Assembly (NCBI GenBank): GCA_028280965.1
Contig: JANQKT010000029.1
Span: forward strand, 260 to 64,259
Length of the DNA: 64,000 bases
Origin: Phycisphaeraceae bacterium
GTDB taxonomy: Bacteria; Planctomycetota; Phycisphaerae; Phycisphaerales; Phycisphaeraceae
Reading direction: 5' to 3'
Shown here one piece after another: positions 36,456 to 46,402 of this stretch (position 1 is the first letter of the stretch; each line of letters starts with the position of its first letter). Position numbers and translations under genes: made by a program. The notes under the pieces are model-generated. The model saw only the letters and a program-made list of their open reading frames with translations, made no database searches and had not been told where the DNA came from.

Positions 36456-38074
36456 TGGGATCTGGAGGCCATGACACCCCGATTGATTTACGCTCGGACG
36501 ATGCCTTTACATCCGCGTGCATCCGGTATTACTTCGATGATTTGAACCTCGAAGAGTTCAATGCTCTTCATGAGGCGTTGGATACCGACCCGTTGAGGCG
36601 GCGAACATTTATTGATCTGGCCCTTCAGGTTGAGCAGATCGTCGAGATCTTCGGCGAGAGCAACGCCATTCGTCTTGTGGAAGACGAAATCGAGCATGAT
36701 GAATACTCGTTCGAGATCATGGATGAGTTGGTAACGCTGTCGATGGCGTCACGCCGGCAGAAGGAACGCGAGGCGGAGTATGGCCCGATTCGGCTGCTGC
36801 CGCAGGCCTCTGCCACCGGCAAGCCGCGCGAGGAACCGACGAGGCCGAGTCGCGTCATCGTCATCCCGAAAGCGGTTGTCTGGTTTATGGGTGCGGCGGC
36901 CCTGGTGTTGTTGTCGCTGCTGATCTACGAGGTCCAGAATACCTCGCGCCAGAGCACGCCCGCTGATGAAGTGGCCGAGGACACCGGCGCACAGGAACCG
37001 GGCGAGCCCGCACCGGTTGTGTTGACCGCCGCCAGCATCACCGGCAGCTATCAGGCCCGGTGGGAGGAGCCGCCGACCGGCGATCGCCTGGCGTTGGGCA
37101 AGCTGCATCACCTGCTGGATGGTGTGGTTGAATTGAAGCTGGACGCCGGGACCGCCGCGATTGTGCAGGCCCCCGCGGTCTTCGAGTTGATGGGCCCCAA
37201 TGATGTGCGGCTGTTGGAAGGGCGGTTCACCGCGGATGTCCCCGAGCCCGCACAGGGGTTCCAGGTTATCACGCCACACCTGCTGCTCACCGATCTGGGG
37301 ACGACGTTCGGGGTCGAAGTCGATCACGACGCAGAGGAAAGCCATGCCCATGTCTTCTCCGGCAGGGTGCTGGCGAATTCGCCGGGTGCCGAAGACCGGA
37401 TCGAGCCGCATGTTGATTTGCTGACGGGGCAGGGCGTTTCCGCAAGCCGTCAGAGGAGTGCGAGCCGCGATGCGGTCAACCCCGGGCGGTATCTGCGTCG
37501 TCTTGAGGACGCCCCGTTCATGCTGGAGGCCAGCGATAACGTCCGTTTGCTTGATACACCGCCCGCGTCGTTGTTGCCCGGTGCTCTAGAAAGCAACCAA
37601 TGGCTTTATGCGTTCTTGGAGCAGTCGGGCGTGCTTGTTGCCGAGCCAGTATCGGTGTCTATCCACGAGCCCGGGGTTTATACGCATTTTGGTGACACGG
37701 GGGCGGCCCGTCGGTTGGTCGGCCCGGTCGACAGTTATTTGTTCCACCTCGATCCGGTTGGTAACGATGAGTCCCATTTCATGTCGGGGAGCATCACCTT
37801 CCCGCGTCCCGTGGTGGGGGTGATCGCGAGCGAATCGGGCCTGATCAATAGTGACGCCTTCTTTGCGTCAAGGGCAACCCGGATGTACAGGCCCGCTACG
37901 CCGCTCGGCAGTCCTTTTGGTCTTGATGGTGTTGAGAACACATCCGTTCCCAGCAAACAACTCGATCGGCTTGAACTCAGCGAAGACCGGCGGACGATCC
38001 ATTTTCGCCTGCATGTGCGCTCACCATTTGACGAGTTCCGGGTATTGATCGAGTCACAGGAGGGCGTGCAATGA
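36455..38074 (+). CDS. FecR-domain anti-sigma factor with C-terminal sensor-like domain
   Basis: One TM segment, GFQVITP...TDLGTTFGV, HVFSGRV; 1-nt overlap with the sigma gene. Confidence 0.85.
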   Translation: MGSGGHDTPIDLRSDDAFTSACIRYYFDDLNLEEFNALHEALDTDPLRRRTFIDLALQVEQIVEIFGESNAIRLVEDEIEHDEYSFEIMDELVTLSMASRRQKEREAEYGPIRLLPQASATGKPREEPTRPSRVIVIPKAVVWFMGAAALVLLSLLIYEVQNTSRQSTPADEVAEDTGAQEPGEPAPVVLTAASITGSYQARWEEPPTGDRLALGKLHHLLDGVVELKLDAGTAAIVQAPAVFELMGPNDVRLLEGRFTADVPEPAQGFQVITPHLLLTDLGTTFGVEVDHDAEESHAHVFSGRVLANSPGAEDRIEPHVDLLTGQGVSASRQRSASRDAVNPGRYLRRLEDAPFMLEASDNVRLLDTPPASLLPGALESNQWLYAFLEQSGVLVAEPVSVSIHEPGVYTHFGDTGAARRLVGPVDSYLFHLDPVGNDESHFMSGSITFPRPVVGVIASESGLINSDAFFASRATRMYRPATPLGSPFGLDGVENTSVPSKQLDRLELSEDRRTIHFRLHVRSPFDEFRVLIESQEGVQ

Positions 38075-38172
38075 GAACCGTTTTAGTGCCCTTCGATTTG
38101 GATGAAAGACACTGTTTTCCCATCTGGCACGCGTCGTGCCTGATGCCCTGTTCTCTTACTGGAGGTTTTAAG

Positions 38173-38868
38173 ATGAGAGTTTCACTGCCTGCTTTGGTAT
38201 TGGCCCTTGGGGCCGCAAGTGGCGCACAGGCCGCGCCGATCGCGTGGGGCGCCGCTCAGGACACCACGTCGAGCGCCGCCAACGACATCGTCGATGGCGG
38301 CGCGGTTGTGCTCGCGATCAACGGCCACAATTTCGCCGATGACGCGAACGGCCCGGCCGACGCGACGTTGGACGGCGTGTTGTTCTCCGGCGAGAGCTTC
38401 CTGGGCCAGAATTTCAACGCAGCGGGTCTTTTGGACGGCAACACGACCGGGGACGTGGACTACGACGCGCTCCTGGACAACGCCTCGATCGTTAACGGCG
38501 GCGTCCCCGCCAACAATGATTCGGTTTATACGGTCACGGGCCTCACGAACGGGACCGACTACTACGTCCAACTCTGGTTCGCTGACGAGCGGACCGCTTC
38601 CGCCGGGCGTGTGATGACCTACGGCGACAACGAAGCGACGGAAAGCAACGTTGATGTTGCCGGCGAAGGCGCCAACGGCTTCGGCCGGTTCGCGGTCGGC
38701 ACGTTCACCGCCGCCGGCTCCTCGCAGGACCTGACCCTGGTGGCTAAGGACGGTGCGTTCGGCCGCTCGCACATCACCGCGATCCTGGTCCGTGAGGTGC
38801 CCGAGCCCGGCTCGCTGGCGCTGCTGGGCCTCGGCGGCCTGCTGCTCGCACGCCGTCGGCGAGGCTAA
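38173..38868 (+). CDS. PEP-CTERM protein (single copy of the repeated ~180-aa domain)
   Basis: Signal peptide; VPEPGSLALLGLGGLLLARRRR; GGAGG RBS. Confidence 0.88.
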   Translation: MRVSLPALVLALGAASGAQAAPIAWGAAQDTTSSAANDIVDGGAVVLAINGHNFADDANGPADATLDGVLFSGESFLGQNFNAAGLLDGNTTGDVDYDALLDNASIVNGGVPANNDSVYTVTGLTNGTDYYVQLWFADERTASAGRVMTYGDNEATESNVDVAGEGANGFGRFAVGTFTAAGSSQDLTLVAKDGAFGRSHITAILVREVPEPGSLALLGLGGLLLARRRRG

Positions 38869-38885
38869 TTGTTTTCCTCTTTGTA

Positions 38886-38910
38886 CCGCTGCGGGGAGTG
38901 CCCGCAGCGG
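38886..38910 (+). terminator. GC-rich hairpin between two PEP-CTERM genes
   Basis: CCGCTGCGGG-gagtg-CCCGCAGCGG, 10-bp stem; weak U-tract. Confidence 0.4.
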
Positions 38911-38951
38911 CCCTTTCCCTTCCTCACCACCTGTTTTTGGAGGATAGCACC

Positions 38952-39863
38952 ATGAAGTACTCAATGACGACTCTTCTGGCCGCTCTGGCGGTCACGGGTA
39001 CGGCGAGCGCCGTGCCCATCACCTGGGGCGTCGTGCAGGACGTGACCGGTGACGCCGCGGCCGACATCATCGACGGCGGCAACGTCCTGCTGGCGATCAA
39101 CGGGCACAACTCGGATACCGCCCTGGATCCCCCGGACCCGTCTCAGCCGCCGGACGTGACGCTCGACGGCGTCCTATTCTCCAGCCAGAACTTCCTCGGC
39201 CAGGTCTTCAACGCGGACGGCCTGTCGCCCAACCCGACCGGCGACGATGATTATGACCTGTTGCTGGGGACCGCCTCGATCGTTGACGGCGGCGTCCCGG
39301 CCAACAACGACGCGGTCTACACGATCGAAGGCCTGACACCGGGCACCGATTACCTCCTGCAACTCTGGTATGTCGATGAACGCGGAGGCAACCTGTCCGG
39401 CCGTGTGATGACCTATGGCGATGGGGAAGGCAACACCGTGGACGTTGCCGGTGAAGGGGCAAACTTCTTTGGTCAATTCGTCGTCGGTGAATTCACCCCC
39501 GACGCCTCGACCCAAGACCTCAGCCTGGTGGCCAAGGATGGCGCGTTCGGCCGATCGCACATCACCGCGATCCTCGTGCGTGAAGCCGAGGGCGGTGGCT
39601 TCGCCCCCGCCGACCTGGACCAGGACGGCGACGTGGACGACGCGGACTTCGCGCTGTTCTTCGCCGCCTTCTCCGGCCCCGGCGTGCCGACGGGCAACCC
39701 CGCCGCCGACCTGGACGGTGATACCGACACCGATGACGCGGACTTCGGGCTGGCCTTCGCGGCGTTCACCGGCCCTGGCGCCGCGGCATCCGTCCCCGAG
39801 CCGACCAGCCTCGCGTTGCTGAGCCTCGGTGGCCTGCTCATGACCCGCCGTCGGCGTGCATAA
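38952..39863 (+). CDS. PEP-CTERM protein (repeated domain plus paired EF-hand/dockerin-like tail)
   Basis: Signal peptide; two DLD.DGD.DD.DF motifs; VPEPTSLALL..RRRR. Confidence 0.88.
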   Translation: MKYSMTTLLAALAVTGTASAVPITWGVVQDVTGDAAADIIDGGNVLLAINGHNSDTALDPPDPSQPPDVTLDGVLFSSQNFLGQVFNADGLSPNPTGDDDYDLLLGTASIVDGGVPANNDAVYTIEGLTPGTDYLLQLWYVDERGGNLSGRVMTYGDGEGNTVDVAGEGANFFGQFVVGEFTPDASTQDLSLVAKDGAFGRSHITAILVREAEGGGFAPADLDQDGDVDDADFALFFAAFSGPGVPTGNPAADLDGDTDTDDADFGLAFAAFTGPGAAASVPEPTSLALLSLGGLLMTRRRRA

Positions 39864-39949
39864 AACGTTTTGATCCTCCTTCGCTCGGCCGCCGTCAAGG
39901 TACGGCGGTCGGGTTTTAGCAACCCAATCAATCCTAGCGAGGCAACGCC

Positions 39950-40762
39950 ATGCAAACACGCACCCACCGGGCTTTCACCCTCATCGAACTGCTGGTCGTG
40001 ATCAGCATCATCGCGCTGCTGATCGCGATCCTGTTGCCCGCGCTCGGGGCCGCACGCGAATCTGCGCGGGGGCTTCAGTGCTTGAGCAACGTCCGCGGGC
40101 TCGGCCAGTCGGCCGTTACGCATATGGCGGATAACAAGGGTTGGAACATCCCGATTTTTCGCAAGGATGACCACTGGACAGAGATCGCCGAGGAGTACCA
40201 AGGCGACTCGCCCAACGGCATTGTTTGCCCCGAAGCGGATGTGGTCGATGACTCCGCGGTTGCCTCCTTTGGTGGGGGCGGCGAGAACCGGATGGGTGGA
40301 CACACCAACGCCTGGCTGTTCAGGCAGGATGTCTTTGCGGTCATCAACGACGACGAGCCGTTGGCAGGCAGCTACACGATCAATATCTGGGCGCAGGATT
40401 GGCGCGGGGCGACGAATTCGAGTGGCCGCCTTTTTGGGCGTCCCGCCGACAAGGCTTGGGGGGGGCTGAACAACAGCCTGGAGGGCGGCCCAACCACCGA
40501 GATCCCTTTGTTGGCCGAAGGGAACTGGCACAACTCGATACCGGGCGATGGTGATGCTCCCGGGCGTGAACCCGTTGCCGTCGCCGGATGGAACGGTTCA
40601 CTCATGGGCCGGATGCTGGTCAACCGCCACCCGGGCGGTGCCAACCTGGTCTTCGCCGACGGCCACGCGGAGACGACCCGGCTTGGGGATATGTGGAGTT
40701 ATCAGTGGCACCGCGATTGGCGCAAGCGTGAGAATCGGGATGTGCCATGGGCCGAGCAGTAA
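39950..40762 (+). CDS. Prepilin-type N-terminal / H-X9-DG (DUF1559-like) protein
   Basis: [27 protein letters not shown]; [14 protein letters not shown]. Confidence 0.9.
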   Translation: MQTRTHRAFTLIELLVVISIIALLIAILLPALGAARESARGLQCLSNVRGLGQSAVTHMADNKGWNIPIFRKDDHWTEIAEEYQGDSPNGIVCPEADVVDDSAVASFGGGGENRMGGHTNAWLFRQDVFAVINDDEPLAGSYTINIWAQDWRGATNSSGRLFGRPADKAWGGLNNSLEGGPTTEIPLLAEGNWHNSIPGDGDAPGREPVAVAGWNGSLMGRMLVNRHPGGANLVFADGHAETTRLGDMWSYQWHRDWRKRENRDVPWAEQ

Positions 40763-40848
40763 ACCCTGCGCCGGGGGCATGGGAGAAACCGTCATTCGCA
40801 TTCGTTGTAGTTCCAGAATTATGAGATGGTGATGATGGAGGACCGAAG

Positions 40849-43731
40849 ATGCGTTTGGCCCGCTTGATTTGGGGTGTCACCCCTTTTGCGCTGACGCTGC
40901 ACGCCGCGGCGCAGCAGCCCAACATCCTGTTCATCATCACCGACGACATGGCCGCGGACTCGACGTCCGTCGCTGCGCTGCAGGCCTCGCTGGGTAATGG
41001 GGTCAACGGGGCGAACAACACGGTCAGCACCCCGGCGCTCGAGTCGCTCGCCAACCAGGGCATGGTCTTCACTAACGCCTACAACCAGGGTGGGTGGTCG
41101 CAGGCGGTGTGCCTGACCACACGGACGGCGATCATGACCGGCCGATCGATGTGGAACGCGCCCGGCTCGGGGCGGTCTGGCTCGTCGGTCGCCAACGCCG
41201 ACACGATGCCGGGGCTGTTTAACGCGGCGGGCTACGACACCGCGCGGTACGGCAAGGGCGGCAACGACTACAACGCCGGCACGAATACGTTCACAACCCA
41301 CGCCGAGAACGACAACCGCGGGGCGACCGCCAGCCAGTGGTTCGCCGACCAGACGGTCGATTACCTGCAGGGCAAAACCCAGTCCAACGACACCGACCCG
41401 TATCTGGTCTATGTGGGTTTGTCGCATCCGCACGACCCGCGCAACGCGCCATCGTCGTTCCTGTCGGCACACGGCGCGAAGAACGGCAGCCCCGACCCGT
41501 CCGCGCCGCTCAGCGGGTATGACCCCTTGCCCAGCAGCTACCTCGGCGCCCACCCGTTCGACAACGGCAACCTCGGCGTGCGCGATGAGAACTCGGTCGC
41601 CGGCACCGGTCGGAACCGCGACGAACGTACGATCCGCAACGAGGTGAGCAAGAACCACGCGGCGATCGAGTACCTCGACTCGCAGGTTCAGCGCACGCTC
41701 GACGCGGCGCTGGCCTACGAGGGGCTCACGCCCGGGGTTCACGGCATCGGCGACCTGCAAAACACGCTGATCGTATTTACCGCGGACCACGGGATCGCGG
41801 TCGGCCGGCACGGGCTGGTCGGCAAGCAGAACCTGTACGAGCACACGACGCGCGTGCCCTACATCGTCGCCGGCGCGGTTAACGGCGCGCCCGTGGCCAG
41901 CGGCGTCAGCGACGCGAACATCTACCTGCACGACTCGCTGCCGACGCTGCTGGAGCTGTCCGGTGTGTCGGCCCCGGCCAATGGCAGCGTCCAGACCCAG
42001 AGCTTCGCCGATGCGCTGAGCAACGATGCCGCCGTGCGCGACGCGTTCACCGGCCACGCCTCGGTCTTCGGTTCCTACTCGCCGGGCACCTCCAATCATG
42101 TCCAGCGGTCGGTCAAGGTGCAGGACCAGGACGGCGAGGAGTGGAAGATCATCCACTACCGCGACATCAACCGGACCCAGCTCTACAACCTGACCGTCGA
42201 CCCTGACGAGACCGAGGACCTGTCGCATGACCCGCAGTACAGCGCGGTGCTGAACATGCTCGCCGCGGAGCTGGACGCGCAGCAGGCGGTCTGGAACGAC
42301 CCGGCGCACGGCCAACTCGGACGCATCGGGATCAATATGGCCTTCGAAAAGACGGCGACGCAGAGCTCGGGTAGTCATGCCCACCTGGCGGTCAACGGCG
42401 CCGGCGCCGTCGAGAGCACGCTCGCCGGTGGGATCGGCGGGGGTACGACACTGGCCCGCACCGCGGCGGCGCAGACCAATACCGAGGACAACCCCTGGTG
42501 GATGGTCGACCTTGGGCAGGCGCGGGACATCGGCGAGATCGCGCTGCACAACACGACCGAAACCGACGCGTCGCTGCGGCTCAGCGATATCCGCGTCGAG
42601 ATCCTCAACGAGGTGATGAACCCGGTGTATACGTCGGGCTTGCTGGACATCGCCGGCGGCGCCGATTGGCTAACGGTTGATCTGAATGCGAACGCGCAGA
42701 CGGGCCGGTACGTCCGCGTCACGCGCGAGGCGGATGCGACGGTCCTGGCGCTCGACGAGGTGCAGGTCTTCTCGCCGGGGCTGTTCGACGACCCGCCTCC
42801 GGTGGGTGACGGGGTTATCCAGTGGGGGCTGACACAGGACACAACCGCCGACGCCGCAGCGGACATCATCGACGGCGGGGCGGTCGTGCTTGCGCTCAAC
42901 GGGCACAATTCAGGTCCGGGTGATCCGTCTGAGCCCGGCGATGTCACGCTGGACGGCGTGCTGTTCACCGCGTCGAACTTCCTTGGCCAGGTTTTTAACG
43001 CCGATGGCCTGCTCGCCGGCAATTCCAGCGGTGATGCGGACTATGACCTGTTGCTGGACACCGTGTCGGTCGTGGACGGCGGCGACCCGGCCAACAACGA
43101 TACGACATTCGTGATCACCGGTCTGACTGACGGCACCGACTACATGATCCAGCTGTGGTTCACCGATGAGCGAGCGGCTCAGGCCGGGCGGGTGATGACC
43201 TTTGGCGATAACGCGGACCCCGAGAGCACCGTTGACGTCGCGGGCGAAGGCGCCAACAGTCTGGGCCGGTTTGTCAGCGGTTCGTTCACCGCCGAGGGGA
43301 CGACCCAGGACCTGCACATGGTGACGAATGGATTCGGCCGCTCGCACCTCACCGCGATCCTGGTGCGTGAGGCGTTGGACCCTGCCGACCTCGACGATGA
43401 TGGGGATGTGGACGACGCGGACTTTGCCCTGGCTTTTGCCGCGTTCTCCGGCCCGGGTGTGCCGGCAGGCAACACCGCGGCCGACCTCGACGGCGACGGC
43501 GACGTCGATGACGCGGACTTCGGTCTGGCGTTTGCTGCATTCACCGGCCCCGGTGCGGCGGCGAATGTGCCTGAACCCGCCGGCCTCGCGCTGCTGGGGC
43601 TGCTTGCCGCGAGCCTGTCGGGCCGGGGCGGGTTGCCGGCCGCTCGGCGCCGCCGAACTTCAAGACTTGTTCGTCCTTCGCCCGGCCGCCAGAACCTTGT
43701 GCGGTCGGGTTTTGAACGATTTGTTGTCTGA
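40849..43731 (+). CDS. Multidomain sulfatase with F5/8 (fucolectin-like) domain, repeated domain, EF-hand tail and PEP-CTERM
   Basis: QPNILFIITDD, CLTTRTAIMTG, FTADHG, GKQNLYE; NPWWMVDLG; VPEP tail. Confidence 0.85.
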   Translation: MRLARLIWGVTPFALTLHAAAQQPNILFIITDDMAADSTSVAALQASLGNGVNGANNTVSTPALESLANQGMVFTNAYNQGGWSQAVCLTTRTAIMTGRSMWNAPGSGRSGSSVANADTMPGLFNAAGYDTARYGKGGNDYNAGTNTFTTHAENDNRGATASQWFADQTVDYLQGKTQSNDTDPYLVYVGLSHPHDPRNAPSSFLSAHGAKNGSPDPSAPLSGYDPLPSSYLGAHPFDNGNLGVRDENSVAGTGRNRDERTIRNEVSKNHAAIEYLDSQVQRTLDAALAYEGLTPGVHGIGDLQNTLIVFTADHGIAVGRHGLVGKQNLYEHTTRVPYIVAGAVNGAPVASGVSDANIYLHDSLPTLLELSGVSAPANGSVQTQSFADALSNDAAVRDAFTGHASVFGSYSPGTSNHVQRSVKVQDQDGEEWKIIHYRDINRTQLYNLTVDPDETEDLSHDPQYSAVLNMLAAELDAQQAVWNDPAHGQLGRIGINMAFEKTATQSSGSHAHLAVNGAGAVESTLAGGIGGGTTLARTAAAQTNTEDNPWWMVDLGQARDIGEIALHNTTETDASLRLSDIRVEILNEVMNPVYTSGLLDIAGGADWLTVDLNANAQTGRYVRVTREADATVLALDEVQVFSPGLFDDPPPVGDGVIQWGLTQDTTADAAADIIDGGAVVLALNGHNSGPGDPSEPGDVTLDGVLFTASNFLGQVFNADGLLAGNSSGDADYDLLLDTVSVVDGGDPANNDTTFVITGLTDGTDYMIQLWFTDERAAQAGRVMTFGDNADPESTVDVAGEGANSLGRFVSGSFTAEGTTQDLHMVTNGFGRSHLTAILVREALDPADLDDDGDVDDADFALAFAAFSGPGVPAGNTAADLDGDGDVDDADFGLAFAAFTGPGAAANVPEPAGLALLGLLAASLSGRGGLPAARRRRTSRLVRPSPGRQNLVRSGFERFVV

Positions 43732-43877
43732 TAGGAGACGGCCGAGCCTTGTCAGCCATAGACCCGATTTTTGAACGGCTTCGCTGCGGGCACCAAGGCT
43801 GTCTCGACGGCGTTTGTTTGTTGCAAGAGGTGTTTTTTGAAAGGTTGGAGTACATGGATCGATCTGACGCACACGCA

Positions 43878-46298
43878 ATGACCCCGCATCGCTCCCGGCC
43901 GGTCCGGCCTTCGCGTTACGCGTTGCTGCTTGCCGGCCTCTGCGGCGTTGCCGGGACGCACGCGGTGATGGGCCAGTCGGCGATCTCTTGGGGCGCTTCG
44001 CAGGCAACCAGCGGGATCGGTGATATCAGCACCACGCCCGGCGGCGTCCTGTACGCGCTCAATGGCGGCAGCGGCGACTTCAACGTCGGCGGGATCAATT
44101 TCCTCTCGTCCGATTTCTCCGACCTGCCAACCGGCGTCAGCTTTACCGCGACAGGCGCGTCGGCGGGTAATACGCCCGGCGGCGGCAAGTTCGGCAGCGT
44201 CTACAGCCCGTCCTCGATCAGCTCGACCGGGAACGCGGCCTACGACAGCCTGCTCGAAACGATCGCATATTCCAACGGCTCGCCCTCGGGGATCTCGACC
44301 GGCCATTTCAGCTTCAGCGGCCTGACGCCCGGCAACGACTACCAGGTCCAGGTCTGGTACAACGAGCAGCGCAGCGGCCTCGATAGCCGGGTCATGCGGT
44401 TCGGTGACGGGCTGGGCAACAACGTTGACCTGGCCGGCGGCAATGCATCGTCGGGGGTGCAGACCTCGTCTTACGGCCGGAACGTGACCGGCACGTTCAC
44501 CGCCTCGGGGACCAGCCAGAACCTTTCGTTGGAGTCGCTGGGCTTCGGCAACGTGCACTACAACGCGATCCTGGTGCAGGACTTCATGGCACCGCCGCCC
44601 CCGCCTCCGCCGACGCCGTTGGACCCGCGCGACACGCCGGGTTGGTCGATCTCCACGCAGGCGCAGTGGAGCACGGCCATCCACGCCGATGGCAGCCAGT
44701 TCTCGATCAGCGGCGGCGCCGCCAACCCGACGCAGTCCAACGCGGTCTTCGAGAGCCGCATCCAGCCCTATGCGCGCAAGCAGAAGTTCACGTCCATCAC
44801 CTTCGAGCAGACCCCCGAGTGGGGGCCGGGCAAGTGGCAGAGTTCGGGCAATCTCGGAGGCAACACCGAATCGGATGGGCCGGTGTTTGTTTCACCGGCC
44901 CAGGGTGAGTACTACTACTTCAACAAGGTCAGTGGGTCGTACCGCGCTTGGTACAGCGAGGATATGGAGAACTGGCAGTTGCTCAACTTCAATTCGGGCG
45001 TGGCTTGGGCCACCTCCGCCGAGTACCAAGACGGCACGATCTACCTTTATTACGACTCGCCCAACGACAAAGACCCCAACCTGATGACGCTGACGTTCAA
45101 CGACCCGGACAACCGGGTGCCGGATCAGTGGACGGTGGTGGATCACGGCCAGGTCCTGGACACCCAGTCGTACGGCTCGGACATGGCGATCTACCGCGAC
45201 CTCGACGGGTCGTTCCACATCATCCACGAGGACTGGCAGGGCATCAGAGCCAGGTCACACAGCTGGGACTCGCAGTACGCCGGGCACTCGTCAAGCCCCG
45301 ATGGGATCAATGGATTCGTCGCCCACGAGCACACCGCGCCGATCGATCTGCGCGGCGAGCCCGCCCTGGATCAGTTCGGTCAGCCCATCATCCAATACTA
45401 CGATCACCCTCACTTCAACGTACCCGGCAACCCGAACGGCGATGTGGACTACCAGGTCTACCAGGCCGAGCAAAACGGTGAGCCGCTTCATGCTTGGGGT
45501 GACTACGAGTTGCTTCGTGTCGGCGACACCTTCTACCTGTTTGCCGACGACGACCTCGAGGGCAACGGTATCGGCCTGGGCTACTGGTACAGCGACGACT
45601 TGTACGGCGCGTTCACCTACGGTGGGCGGATCCGCAACGGGCTGCACCCGGACCCGGGCGGCGGCTTCGCGACCTTCGGCACCGGTAACGACGCCGAAGA
45701 CCTCTTTGTGCTATTCGTGCAGGGCAACCCGACCGGCAACGGCCAGGACCTGACCAGCACCGGCCCGTGGGTCGAGGGTGTCGAGGCGCAGGCGGGCGTC
45801 GATACCGACGGCGACGGCGAGATCGATGTCTGGACCGATTGGCAGGATGTCAGCGAGAGCTATGGCCGGATCGACGGGTTCGCCAAGGCGTACAGCGTTG
45901 ATCCCGCGACGCTTGACCTCAGCGGGTTGCCCGAGGGCTACGCCATCCAGTTCCGCATCCGCGCCGCGGACGCGGCGGCGATCTTCGATAGCGTCCTGCT
46001 CGACTCGGCGTTCGCGCTGCCCGCGGACCTCGACGGCGACAACGACGTGGACGACGCGGACTTCGGCCTGGCCTTCGCCGCGTTCACCGGGCCGGACAGC
46101 GGCCCCCCGTCCAACCCGTTCGCGGACCTCGACGGCGACGGCGACGTGGACGACGCAGACTTCGGCCTGGCCTTCGCCGCGTTCACCGGACCGTCTTCGG
46201 CGGCCAACGTGCCCGAGCCGGCGGCCGTCTCGCTGCTCGCCTTCGGCGTGCTGGGTTGTTTGAACCGGAGGCGGCGCATGCCGTCAGGTTGTCTTTGA
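43878..46298 (+). CDS. PEP-CTERM protein with a beta-propeller glycosidase-like domain (GH43/GH117-clan-like); start uncertain
   Basis: Divergent copy of the repeated domain; AWYSEDMENW, WATSAEY, GSDMAIYRD, HPD; EF-hand tail; VPEP. Confidence 0.72.
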   Translation: MTPHRSRPVRPSRYALLLAGLCGVAGTHAVMGQSAISWGASQATSGIGDISTTPGGVLYALNGGSGDFNVGGINFLSSDFSDLPTGVSFTATGASAGNTPGGGKFGSVYSPSSISSTGNAAYDSLLETIAYSNGSPSGISTGHFSFSGLTPGNDYQVQVWYNEQRSGLDSRVMRFGDGLGNNVDLAGGNASSGVQTSSYGRNVTGTFTASGTSQNLSLESLGFGNVHYNAILVQDFMAPPPPPPPTPLDPRDTPGWSISTQAQWSTAIHADGSQFSISGGAANPTQSNAVFESRIQPYARKQKFTSITFEQTPEWGPGKWQSSGNLGGNTESDGPVFVSPAQGEYYYFNKVSGSYRAWYSEDMENWQLLNFNSGVAWATSAEYQDGTIYLYYDSPNDKDPNLMTLTFNDPDNRVPDQWTVVDHGQVLDTQSYGSDMAIYRDLDGSFHIIHEDWQGIRARSHSWDSQYAGHSSSPDGINGFVAHEHTAPIDLRGEPALDQFGQPIIQYYDHPHFNVPGNPNGDVDYQVYQAEQNGEPLHAWGDYELLRVGDTFYLFADDDLEGNGIGLGYWYSDDLYGAFTYGGRIRNGLHPDPGGGFATFGTGNDAEDLFVLFVQGNPTGNGQDLTSTGPWVEGVEAQAGVDTDGDGEIDVWTDWQDVSESYGRIDGFAKAYSVDPATLDLSGLPEGYAIQFRIRAADAAAIFDSVLLDSAFALPADLDGDNDVDDADFGLAFAAFTGPDSGPPSNPFADLDGDGDVDDADFGLAFAAFTGPSSAANVPEPAAVSLLAFGVLGCLNRRRRMPSGCL

Positions 46299-46402
46299 CA
46301 GGGGGCAGAAGCCATCCATACCGTCCTGGACACACGAGCTCCCGTTGGAACAGCACCGGTGTGCTGTAACGTGAACCACCCATCCACAACAGGAAAGTCA
46401 AC

